Below are positions 1 to 9,400 of a DNA stretch of 64,000 bases, in pieces. The stretch comes from an uncultured Thiothrix sp. GTDB lineage: Bacteria; Pseudomonadota; Gammaproteobacteria; Poriferisulfidales; GCA-002705445. The stretch covers positions 1,151 through 65,150 of the forward strand of contig CACJPG010000002.1 in the NCBI GenBank assembly GCA_902595225.1, read 5' to 3'. The translations under genes and the position numbers were made by a program. Numbering within the stretch: position 1 is the stretch's first letter; each line of letters starts with the position of its first letter. Under the pieces are notes generated by a model, which was given only the letters and a program-made list of their open reading frames with translations, ran no database searches and had not been told where the DNA came from.

Positions 1-987
1 CAAGCTGGAAGATATTTACCTGAATACAAGGAAACAAGAAAAAAAGCAGGAAGCTTTTTAGGATTATGCAAAAATCCCGATTTGGCCTCAGAGGTTACTG
101 TTCAACCACTTAGAAGATTTGATCTTGACGCGGCCATCATCTTTTCTGACATTTTAACAATTCCTGATGCTATGGGACTCGAACTTAAGTTTGAAGATAA
201 TAGAGGGCCTTTTTTCGAAGCTCCTTTAAATAATATAAATGATGTTGAAAAATTAAATACAGATAATATAGCGGAAAAGTTGGATTATGTTGCAAACGCA
301 ATTATTGAAACAAAAAGTAAGTTAAATAACGAGGTTCCTTTGATTGGATTTTCTGGGAGTCCTTGGACCTTATCAACATATATGGTTGAGGGTTGTGCAA
401 CAAAAGATTTTAGAAAAATTAGATCTGCAGTATTTAATGATTCTGGAATGATTAAAAATCTAATTGATAAACTTACAATATCAATAACTGATTATTTAGT
501 AATGCAGGCCAAGGCAGGTGCAGATGTGCTTATGATTTTTGATTCTTGGGGTGGGCTATTAAATTCCGAAAATTATCTAGATTTTTCTCTTAACCCAATG
601 CAAGAAATCATTGAAAAGTTAAGAAATAACGATGCTTCAAAAAATATACCTATTATTCTTTTTACAAAAGGTGGTGGCAGCTGGTTAAAACAAATTTCTG
701 CTTCTGGTTGTAATGGAATTGGTCTTGATTGGACCACCAACATTAAATATGCCAGAGAAATCATTGGGGAAAAAATTTGTATTCAGGGGAATCTTGATCC
801 ATGTGCTCTTCATGGAACGGAACAATCTATAAAGGAAGCTGCATCTCGAGTAATTGATGGTTATGGGTATGGCCATAGACACATATTCAATCTCGGGCAT
901 GGTATTGATCAATTTGTAAAACCAGAAAAATTAGCAATACTTATTAATCATGTGAAAGATTATAGTACTCAGTACCATAAAAACTAA
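1..987 (+). CDS. hemE: uroporphyrinogen decarboxylase (5-prime end outside window)
   Basis: Frame 1 is open from base 1 (QAGRYLPEYKETRKKAGSF...) and continues into the 82..987 track ORF. URO-D family blocks RRFDLDAAIIFSDIL, IGFSGSPWT, FNLGHGI. Confidence 0.93.
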   Translation, partial: QAGRYLPEYKETRKKAGSFLGLCKNPDLASEVTVQPLRRFDLDAAIIFSDILTIPDAMGLELKFEDNRGPFFEAPLNNINDVEKLNTDNIAEKLDYVANAIIETKSKLNNEVPLIGFSGSPWTLSTYMVEGCATKDFRKIRSAVFNDSGMIKNLIDKLTISITDYLVMQAKAGADVLMIFDSWGGLLNSENYLDFSLNPMQEIIEKLRNNDASKNIPIILFTKGGGSWLKQISASGCNGIGLDWTTNIKYAREIIGEKICIQGNLDPCALHGTEQSIKEAASRVIDGYGYGHRHIFNLGHGIDQFVKPEKLAILINHVKDYSTQYHKN

Positions 988-3455
988 AATAATTTTTCAA
1001 GCTCTAATTCTTCTTCCTTAGATTTACTAATTTTATTTTCTTTACTAAATGTTTTTGGAACATTTTCCTTTCTAAAAACTTCTGTAATAGAATTTTTTGA
1101 GTCTGGAGAGGCCAATAAACCATTTTTACTATCAATTTTAGCGCTTACTAATCCATCTGGCTCCTCAAGATCTGATTTTGGAGTTCCTCGTAATGCAGTT
1201 TTCATATAGTCAATCCACATTGGTAAAGCCGCCGAGCTACCAAATTCTTTTTTTCCTAAAGAAGAGTGATCATCGAATCCCAAAAAGGAGACCGTAACTA
1301 TTTCTCTGTTAAAACCACTAAACCAAGCATCTTTTTGGTCATTAGTAGTTCCAGTTTTACCTGCAATATCAGATCGCTTTAAAACTTTTGCTTTTTTTGC
1401 AGTTCCGTATTTAACAACGTCTTTCATCATACTAACCATCAAATACACATTTCTTGGATCAACAGTTTGAGAAGCAAATCGAGGTAAACCAGCTTTATCC
1501 CTGAGCTCTGAAATTTCTTCGACTGAACTTGCTGAGGGGAATTGTAAAGTGTCTAGGCTGACATAATCACAAGGGTTGCCACAAACCCTTATAGGATTCT
1601 CCACATATATAATTTCATTATCTCTAGTTCTTACTTGTTCAATAAGATAGGGCTCAATACCATAACCACCGTTTGAGAAATAGGCATAAGCTTCAGCAAG
1701 CTCAACAGGTGTAATCTCTCCACTGCCAAGAGCTAACGTTAAATCTTTTGGTAATTTTTCACTATTGATTCCAAAATTTTTCATAAAATCTAAAGTGTAT
1801 TTAATTCCGATAGAGTCTAACAACCTAATTGATATCATATTTTGTGATTTCGCTAGACCATACCTAAGTCTTGTTGGCCCATAAAATTTCCCACCATAAT
1901 TTTTTGGTCGCCATGCACCGCTAACTGTGTTTTCCTTGAAAACTTTAGGCGCATCATTAATAATTGAGGCAGGAGTATAACCCTTATTAAGAGCTGCAGA
2001 ATATATAAATGGCTTAAAACTTGAACCAGGCTGACGCTTTGCCTGTGTTGCTCTATTAAATTTACTTAACCTAAAATCGTAACCTCCTGACAAAGCAGAT
2101 ATCGCTCCGCTATTAGAACTCATCGAAATTAATGCACCATTAACATTAGGAACTTGAGATAATCCCCATTTATTTTTTGTTTTTTTTATGCGGATCACAT
2201 CTCCAATTGAAAGAATTTTATTAAAATCCCTGATTCTTTTCTTATAATTCACATCATAATATTGAGACTTAATTAGATTATCGCTCAATGCAATATCTAA
2301 TAATTGATTTTCTTTTGAAAAAACTGTTAGTTTATTTTTTTCTACATTCAATATAACTGCTGGAACATTATTATTTATTGAATAATAATTACCTAAAAAT
2401 TTCTTAATATTTTTAATTGAAATATCTAAATCATATTCAAGTTCTGAATTTAATAATGCACTATAACTAATTTTAGACTCAGGGCCTCTATATCCATGCC
2501 TTATATCATATTTTTCAATATTTGTTTTTAATGATTTTTGAGCAACGGCCTGAAGGTTACTGTCAATTGTTGTGAATACATCATACCCAAGTGTATAAGC
2601 TTCACTCCCAAACCTTTCTTCCATTTCAGCTCTGGCCATCTCAGCAACATAAGGCGCCTTAAGCTCAATACTTACCTTGTTAAGCCTTGCAGTAACCGGA
2701 CTAAGATACGCTGTCACATAAGAATCTTTGTCTATAAAATTATTTTCTGACATTCTCCTTAACACATAGTCTCTTCTTTGTAATGCTCTCTTCTCGTTGG
2801 CGATTGGATTGTATCGTGATGGTGCTTTTGGTAATCCCGCGATCATTGCGACTTCGGCTAGCGTAAGCTCAGATAATCTTTTTCCATAATAAACTTGTGC
2901 TGCAGCAGCAACACCATAAGCTCTATGCCCTAAATAAATTTTATTCATATATAATTCAAAGATTCTTTCTTTACTTAAATTTCTTTCCATTTTATAAGCC
3001 AAAAGAATCTCTCTAAGTTTTCTTATTATCTTCTTCTCTCTGGTTAAATAAAAGTTCCTTGCTACTTGCATTGTAATTGTGCTTCCGCCTTGTGTGACTT
3101 TTCCTGTTGAAATAAAACTTTTAAAAGCACGAAGCAGCCCAAAATAGTCAACGCCATTATGCGAGTAAAATCTATTATCTTCTGCAGCAATAAAAGCGTT
3201 CTTTAAATCATTTGGTATTTCTTTGAAAGTAACGGGAATTCTTTTTTTCTCCCCATAAACTGCTATTAATTTTTTATCTTGGGTATAGATTCGCATGGGA
3301 ATTTGCATTTTCATATCTTGTAGCTCTTCAACAGTTGGTAAGCTACTAGCCAAAACAATATATAATGTTATTGAGGAGAATAACAAAAGCCCAAGGATAT
3401 AATAAATAGGCTTTAAAGCTTTTTTAAAAAATCTACTCATACTTGTTGGTGGCAC
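984..3455 (-). CDS. mrcA: penicillin-binding protein 1A (bifunctional transglycosylase/transpeptidase)
   Basis: N-terminal TM anchor. GT51 motifs EDNRFYSHNGVD and GGSTITMQ. Transpeptidase SxxK (GSSFKP), SxN (KSQN), KTG (GKTGTT). Confidence 0.93.
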   Translation of the reverse strand: MPPTSMSRFFKKALKPIYYILGLLLFSSITLYIVLASSLPTVEELQDMKMQIPMRIYTQDKKLIAVYGEKKRIPVTFKEIPNDLKNAFIAAEDNRFYSHNGVDYFGLLRAFKSFISTGKVTQGGSTITMQVARNFYLTREKKIIRKLREILLAYKMERNLSKERIFELYMNKIYLGHRAYGVAAAAQVYYGKRLSELTLAEVAMIAGLPKAPSRYNPIANEKRALQRRDYVLRRMSENNFIDKDSYVTAYLSPVTARLNKVSIELKAPYVAEMARAEMEERFGSEAYTLGYDVFTTIDSNLQAVAQKSLKTNIEKYDIRHGYRGPESKISYSALLNSELEYDLDISIKNIKKFLGNYYSINNNVPAVILNVEKNKLTVFSKENQLLDIALSDNLIKSQYYDVNYKKRIRDFNKILSIGDVIRIKKTKNKWGLSQVPNVNGALISMSSNSGAISALSGGYDFRLSKFNRATQAKRQPGSSFKPFIYSAALNKGYTPASIINDAPKVFKENTVSGAWRPKNYGGKFYGPTRLRYGLAKSQNMISIRLLDSIGIKYTLDFMKNFGINSEKLPKDLTLALGSGEITPVELAEAYAYFSNGGYGIEPYLIEQVRTRDNEIIYVENPIRVCGNPCDYVSLDTLQFPSASSVEEISELRDKAGLPRFASQTVDPRNVYLMVSMMKDVVKYGTAKKAKVLKRSDIAGKTGTTNDQKDAWFSGFNREIVTVSFLGFDDHSSLGKKEFGSSAALPMWIDYMKTALRGTPKSDLEEPDGLVSAKIDSKNGLLASPDSKNSITEVFRKENVPKTFSKENKISKSKEEELELEKLF

Positions 3456-3504
3456 TAAAATTTCTTGTTAATATCTATATAATACTATAAACACAAAATT
3501 TATC

Positions 3505-4038
3505 TTGTCTAAACAAAAAAACAATATAATTTTAATCGGCCCAATGGGCTCAGGAAAAACTTCCATTGGCAAAAAAATGTCAAAAATGATCAAATTTGAT
3601 TTCATAGATACTGACGCACTTATCGAGCAAAAGACAGGGGTTGATATCCCAACAATTTTTGAGCATGAAGGTGAAAAGGGCTTTAGGGATAGAGAATCTA
3701 AAGTACTGAAAGAGATTTCTAATAGCAAAGATACCGTTATTGGAACTGGCGGAGGTATAATAATATCTGAAGAGAATAGAGAAATAATTAAAAGACTTGG
3801 GTTTATTGTATATCTAACTGCCAGTATTAAGGAATTGGTTTACCGAACAGAGCATGATAAAAATAGACCACTCATAAAGAACGAAAATGCAGAAAGTACA
3901 ATGAAAGTATTAATAAGTGAAAGAGAAAAATTTTATGAGGATTGTGCAGATATTAAAATAAGTACAGACGATTATGATGCAACAAAAATTTCTAAAATGA
4001 TAATAAATAAATATGAAAACAATAACAGTAAAGCTTAA
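3505..4038 (+). CDS. aroK: shikimate kinase
   Basis: Walker A GPMGSGKTSIG, about 175 aa, directly followed by aroB as in other gammaproteobacteria. Confidence 0.92.
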   Translation: MSKQKNNIILIGPMGSGKTSIGKKMSKMIKFDFIDTDALIEQKTGVDIPTIFEHEGEKGFRDRESKVLKEISNSKDTVIGTGGGIIISEENREIIKRLGFIVYLTASIKELVYRTEHDKNRPLIKNENAESTMKVLISEREKFYEDCADIKISTDDYDATKISKMIINKYENNNSKA

Positions 4039-5080
4039 AGATAGATCATATCCAATATATATTGGTAAAGATATTTTAAAGAACAAGAATTTATTGAAAA
4101 AAATAAATTCGAATAACTTTGCACTTATTACAAATAAAAAAATTAAATCATTACATCTTTCAAAAATTAAAAATACTTATTTAAAGAAAAATTTAATAAT
4201 CTTAAATGACGGAGAAAAATATAAAAATCAGGATAGCATTTCTAAAATTTATAATTCATTATTAAAAAATAAATTTTCTAGAGATGGCTGTATTGTGGCA
4301 TTTGGTGGGGGTGTTATTGGAGATATGTCTGGATTCGCTGCAGCTACTTATCAAAGAGGTGTCAATTTTGTTCAAATACCCACGACACTTTTAGCAATGG
4401 TTGATTCATCTGTAGGAGGAAAAACAGGAATAAATCACCCATTAGGAAAAAATATGATTGGTTCTTTTCATCAGCCCTCTGCAGTCATTATAGATATTAA
4501 TGTTTTAAAAACTTTACCAAAACGTCAATTTAACGCTGGTATGGCCGAAGTAATAAAATACGGGATTATTGAAAATAAATCTTTCTTTAATTGGATAGAG
4601 AATAATATAGAAAAAATAAAATCAAACGAGGATAGCTCAATTATTAATATTATTAAAAAGTCTTGTGAGATTAAGGCGAAAATTGTCGCTATGGATGAAA
4701 AGGAAAAAAATATTAGAGCATTATTAAATCTTGGTCACACGTTTGGCCACGCAATTGAGAATAATTTAGGTTATGGAAAATGGTTACATGGTGAGGCAGT
4801 AGCCTGCGGCTTTCTTATTGCCTGTTCAGTTTCTATTCATAATAAAACTATGAAACAAGTAGATTATGAGAAAGTTAAAAAAGTAATTAAAGCTTTTGAT
4901 CTTCCCACAAAATTGCCTAGAGGGCTTAACTTAAAAAAACTTTACAAAACGATGACCTTGGATAAAAAAGTTAAAAATAATCAAATGGTATATGTAATAC
5001 CAAAGAATATTGGAAAAGCTTATATCACAAATAAAATTCATAAAAATATTGTGATGAAAGCGCTTGAGGAACATGTCTGA
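4013..5080 (+). CDS. aroB: 3-dehydroquinate synthase
   Basis: GGGVIGDMSGFAAATYQRGVNFVQIPTTLLAMVDSSVGGKTGINHPLGKN block and metal-ligand region LNLGHTFGHAIE...HGEAV. Confidence 0.94.
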   Translation: MKTITVKLKDRSYPIYIGKDILKNKNLLKKINSNNFALITNKKIKSLHLSKIKNTYLKKNLIILNDGEKYKNQDSISKIYNSLLKNKFSRDGCIVAFGGGVIGDMSGFAAATYQRGVNFVQIPTTLLAMVDSSVGGKTGINHPLGKNMIGSFHQPSAVIIDINVLKTLPKRQFNAGMAEVIKYGIIENKSFFNWIENNIEKIKSNEDSSIINIIKKSCEIKAKIVAMDEKEKNIRALLNLGHTFGHAIENNLGYGKWLHGEAVACGFLIACSVSIHNKTMKQVDYEKVKKVIKAFDLPTKLPRGLNLKKLYKTMTLDKKVKNNQMVYVIPKNIGKAYITNKIHKNIVMKALEEHV

Positions 5081-6221
5081 GGCTTTTGAAAAAAACTTAG
5101 CAAGCTACTCACTTAAATCGTCTAATACTATTGGAAGAAAATACAAAGAAAATCCTCCGAAAAGAAGAACCGAATTCCAAAGAGATAGAGAACGAATAAT
5201 TCACTCTACAGCTTTTAGACGACTTGAATATAAAACCCAGGTTTTTGTAAATCATGAAGGAGATATGTACAGAACAAGATTAACCCATACTATCGAGGTC
5301 GCTCAAATTTCAAGGGCTGTTGCTAGAGCATTGAAAATTAATGAGGATTTAACTGAAGCTATATCACTTTCCCATGATTTAGGTCACACGCCTTTTGGTC
5401 ACGCAGGACAAGATATTCTAAATGAATGCATGAAAAGTTTCGGAGGTTTTGAACATAACATACAATCTTTAAGAATAGTTGATAAATTAGAAAACGTTTA
5501 TCCAAATTTTTCTGGTTTAAATCTTTGCTTTGAAACAAGAGAGGGAATTCTAAAAAAATGTAATAAGGCGCGCGCAGAAAAAATCGGTGATATTGCGAAT
5601 AGAATTTTAAACAAGGAACAATCATCTCTTGAGGCGCAAGTTACAAATTTATGTGATGAAATAGCCTATAATAACCACGACATACAGGATGGTATAAGAG
5701 CAAAGAAAATTTTTTTAGAGCAACTCGAAGAGGTGCCGATATTTAAAGATCAGATGGTAATTACTCTAGAACAGTATCCAAAGCTCTCAAAATCAAAAAT
5801 TGTTAATGAAACTGTTAGAAGAATAATAAATTTACTAGTGACCGATTTAATATCAAATTCGGAAAAGAATATATTAGAGCAAAATATAGAAACACCTATG
5901 GATGTAAAAAATTGTGATAGGCAGATTGTTGAATTTTCTGAGAAAATAAAAAAAGAAAGCATGACTTTAAAAAGATTTCTTCATAAAAATTTATACCAGC
6001 ATCCTGATGTGAAAATGATGACAGATAAAGCTGTAAATGTAGTAAGCAATCTATTTGAAGCATATTTAAATGATATAAATCTATTGCCCAAAGAATATTT
6101 AAAATATAATTTGGAAAAAATTAATAACAAGTCAAAGGAAAGAGTTATTTCTGATTATATTGCCGGAATGACAGACAGGTTTGCTCTGGAGGAGTATAAA
6201 AAGCTATATAGCGATAATTAG
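5064..6221 (+). CDS. dGTPase-like HD-domain triphosphohydrolase
   Basis: FQRDRERIIHSTAFRRLEYKTQV and HD motif SHDLGHTPFGHAG. The true start may be the MSEAF Met 9 nt downstream. Confidence 0.82.
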   Translation: MRNMSEAFEKNLASYSLKSSNTIGRKYKENPPKRRTEFQRDRERIIHSTAFRRLEYKTQVFVNHEGDMYRTRLTHTIEVAQISRAVARALKINEDLTEAISLSHDLGHTPFGHAGQDILNECMKSFGGFEHNIQSLRIVDKLENVYPNFSGLNLCFETREGILKKCNKARAEKIGDIANRILNKEQSSLEAQVTNLCDEIAYNNHDIQDGIRAKKIFLEQLEEVPIFKDQMVITLEQYPKLSKSKIVNETVRRIINLLVTDLISNSEKNILEQNIETPMDVKNCDRQIVEFSEKIKKESMTLKRFLHKNLYQHPDVKMMTDKAVNVVSNLFEAYLNDINLLPKEYLKYNLEKINNKSKERVISDYIAGMTDRFALEEYKKLYSDN

Positions 6222-6263
6222 ACAGAATATAAGTATTATTCAACTCATATTTGCTTTTCCGCC

Positions 6264-6293
6264 TTGAAAAATGGGTCAATCTAGTCCTATAAT
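6264..6293 (+). promoter_or_regulatory. candidate sigma-70 promoter for the gltB leader
   Basis: TTGAAA (6264-6269), 18-bp spacer, TATAAT (6288-6293). The predicted start near 6300 sits just 5-prime of the riboswitch-like element. Confidence 0.45.
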
Positions 6294-6300
6294 GGAATAG

Positions 6301-6352
6301 TACGTTCATCCTCACTAGGACGGAAGTAGGCGAAACGCCGAAGGAACGCACC
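6301..6352 (+). promoter_or_regulatory. glutamine riboswitch aptamer (glnA RNA motif)
   Basis: ACGUUCAUCCUCACUAGGACGGAAGUAGGCGAAACGCCGAAGGAACGCACC. P1 is CGUUC 6303-6307 with GAACG 6344-6348. Hairpin GGCG-AAA-CGCC at 6329-6339. Conserved cores GGACGGAAGUAGG and CGAAGGAACGC. It lies upstream of glutamate synthase. Confidence 0.75.
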
Positions 6353-6376
6353 AAACTTTATACCTAGAGTTTGGTG
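6349..6376 (+). promoter_or_regulatory. 12-bp hairpin abutting the riboswitch P1 (putative expression-platform helix)
   Basis: CACCAAACUUUA (6349-6360) pairs with UAGAGUUUGGUG (6365-6376), loop UACC. No U-tract follows. Arm sequences are duplicated downstream (6386-6394, 6416-6420). Confidence 0.5.
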
Positions 6377-6420
6377 ATCTATCATCAAACTTTAATTAAC
6401 TAATTTATTGTGAAATTGGT

Positions 6421-9400
6421 ATGGAAGATGATAGAAAAAAAATAACCGGTCTTTATGACGAAAGCTTTGAAAAAGACAGCTGTGGTTTTGGTTTAATTGC
6501 CAATATCGATAATAATCCAAGTCACTGGCTTATCAATACAGCCATTACAGCACTTGAAAGGTTAGCACATAGGGGTGCTGTGGGAGCTGATGGAACATCT
6601 GGAGATGGATGTGGAATACTTTTCAAGATACCGGAATTCTTTTTTAGATCTATTGCAAATGAAGAAAAAATAAACATAGCAAAAAACTTTGCAATAGGAA
6701 TGTTTTTCCTTAATGTTGATGCTGATAAAAGAAAATCTTCTATAAAAATAATCGAAAAAGTTATATCGGAGAGCGGATTTTCATTGGCAGGATGGAGAGA
6801 TGTACCAACTGACAAGAGCATTTGTGGTGAAGATGCTCTAAAAACATTACCTTATATTGCTCAGGCATTTATTAATCCACCAGAAAAATTAGACCCTAAA
6901 GATATTGAGTCAAGATTATTTGTTATTAGAAGGAAGATTGAAATTTTAGTCTCAAAAGAGAAAGATGAAACTTTCTATATAACCAGTTTTTCATCCAAAG
7001 TAATTTTATATAAAGGCATGATAATGCCAAAGCACCTATCTAAATTTTATTTAGACTTATCAAACGATAAACTCGAAACTTCTTTGTGTGTTTTTCATCA
7101 AAGGTTCTCCACAAATACAACACCTCAATGGAGTTTGGCACAGCCATTTAGAATGCTAGCTCATAATGGTGAAATAAATACAATTAGAGGAAATAGAAAT
7201 TGGTCTCAAGCCAGATCAAGTATTTTTAAGACATCCAAAATTCCTGAGTTAAATGAGCTTAGACCTTTAGTCTCAATGAAAGGTTCTGATTCGAAAAGTT
7301 TAGATAATATGCTAGAGGTTCTTGTAACTGGAGGAGTAAATATTTTCAAAGCTATTAAATTACTTATCCCGCCAGCTTGGAAAAGTATTCCTGAAAGCGA
7401 CTCTGATTTAAAAGCCTTTTACGAGTATAATGCAAAACATATGGAATCTTGGGATGGGCCTGCTGGCATAGTTTTAACTGATGGCAGGTATGCCGCTTGT
7501 GTAACTGATAGAAATGGATTGCGTCCTGCAAGATATATTATCACTGATGATAGGCATATAACTGTTGCGTCAGAAATCGGTGTATACGAATACGACGAAA
7601 AGAATGTCATTGAAAAAGGAAAGCTTGGCCCTGGCCAAATCATAGCGGTTGATACATCTGATGGAAAAATATTATATTCAAGTGATATTGACGAAAAACT
7701 TAAAAACAGATGTCCCTATAAAGAATGGATGGACACTGGCGCTGAATCAATGCGTAGAATCATTCCCGATAAATTTCCAGAATTAGAGCTTTTTGACGAA
7801 GCTAAAATTAAGCAATACGAAAAAATGTTTAATATGACCTATGAAGAGAAGGATCAAATATTGAAGCCCTTGTCTAAATTAAGTCAAGAGGCCATTGGTT
7901 CTATGGGAGACGATACACCTTTCCCAGTTCTCTCCGATGAGATTAGATCATTATATGACTATTTTAGACAACAGTTTGCACAAGTCACAAATCCACCCAT
8001 AGACCCAATACGTGAGAGCAACGTGATGTCTCTAGAGACATACCTTGGCCCTGACCTTAATGTCTTTGAAGAAGGTTCAAAGCATGCGCATAGGCTAACA
8101 ATAGAGTCGCCAATTTTGTCCTATAGAAAATTTAGACAACTACAAGAACTCAAAAATAAGAAATTTACGTATAAATTTCTCGACCTAAATTATGAAAACA
8201 AAATTACTTTAAAAGAAGCAATAGAAAATCTAACAAATGAAGCTTTGAAGGCTGCAAAAGAAAACAAGGTGTTTCTAATTCTTAGTGATAAAAAAATACA
8301 AAAAGGCAAATTGCCTATTCACTCACTTCTTGCAACTGGGGCTGTTCACCATGCATTAATTAAAAATGGTTTAAGAACAAAAGTTAATATTATTGTTGAA
8401 ACTGCTACAGCACGAGACTCTCATCATTGTGCAACTCTGATTGGTTATGGTGCAACCGCAATTTACCCTTATCTAGCATATCAATCATTAAACGACATGA
8501 TTATAAAGAAAACAGAAGATAATTCTGAGTTTTTTGAGGCAACAAGAAATTATAGAAAAGGAATAAACAAAGGTTTATATAAAATTTTATCAAAGATGGG
8601 TATTTCAACCATTGCAAGTTATAGAGGTTCACAGCTTTTTGAAATAGTTGGTTTGAACCAAGAGATTGTAGATTTGTGTTTTTGTGATACGACAAATAGA
8701 TTATCTGGAACAACTTTCATCGACTTACAAAAAGATCAAGAAAAACTAGCAAAAAATACTTGGAGCCAAAGAAAAGACATAAAACAGGGTGGATTACTAA
8801 AATATGTTCATGGAGAAGAATTCCATGCATATAACCCAGATGTCGTTAGAACTTTGCAAGAGGCTGTAAAAAGTGGTGATTATGAGGATTATAAAAAATA
8901 TAGTGATATTGTAAATTATAGAGAAAAAATGGTTATTAGAGATATGTTTGACTTGAAAAGCTCAAAAGATCCTATACCTCTAGATGATGTAGAACCAATT
9001 GAAGATATTCTTCGAAGATTTGATTCAGCTGGTATGTCTCTTGGAGCCCTATCTCCTGACGCTCATGAAACTCTCGCACAAGCTATGAACAAGATGGGTG
9101 GCAGGTCAAATTCTGGAGAGGGTGGAGAAGATCAAAAAAGATTTAACACAGACAAAAATTCAAAAATCAAACAAGTCGCGTCCGGTAGATTTGGTGTGAC
9201 TCCACATTATCTGGTTAACGCTGAAGTCATTCAGATAAAAATTGCCCAAGGAGCTAAACCTGGTGAGGGCGGACAACTTCCTGGAGATAAGGTTGATAAA
9301 CTTATTGCTACTCTAAGATACTCAAATCCAGGTATAACATTGATATCACCACCACCTCATCATGACATATATTCTATTGAAGACTTGGCACAGCTTATTT

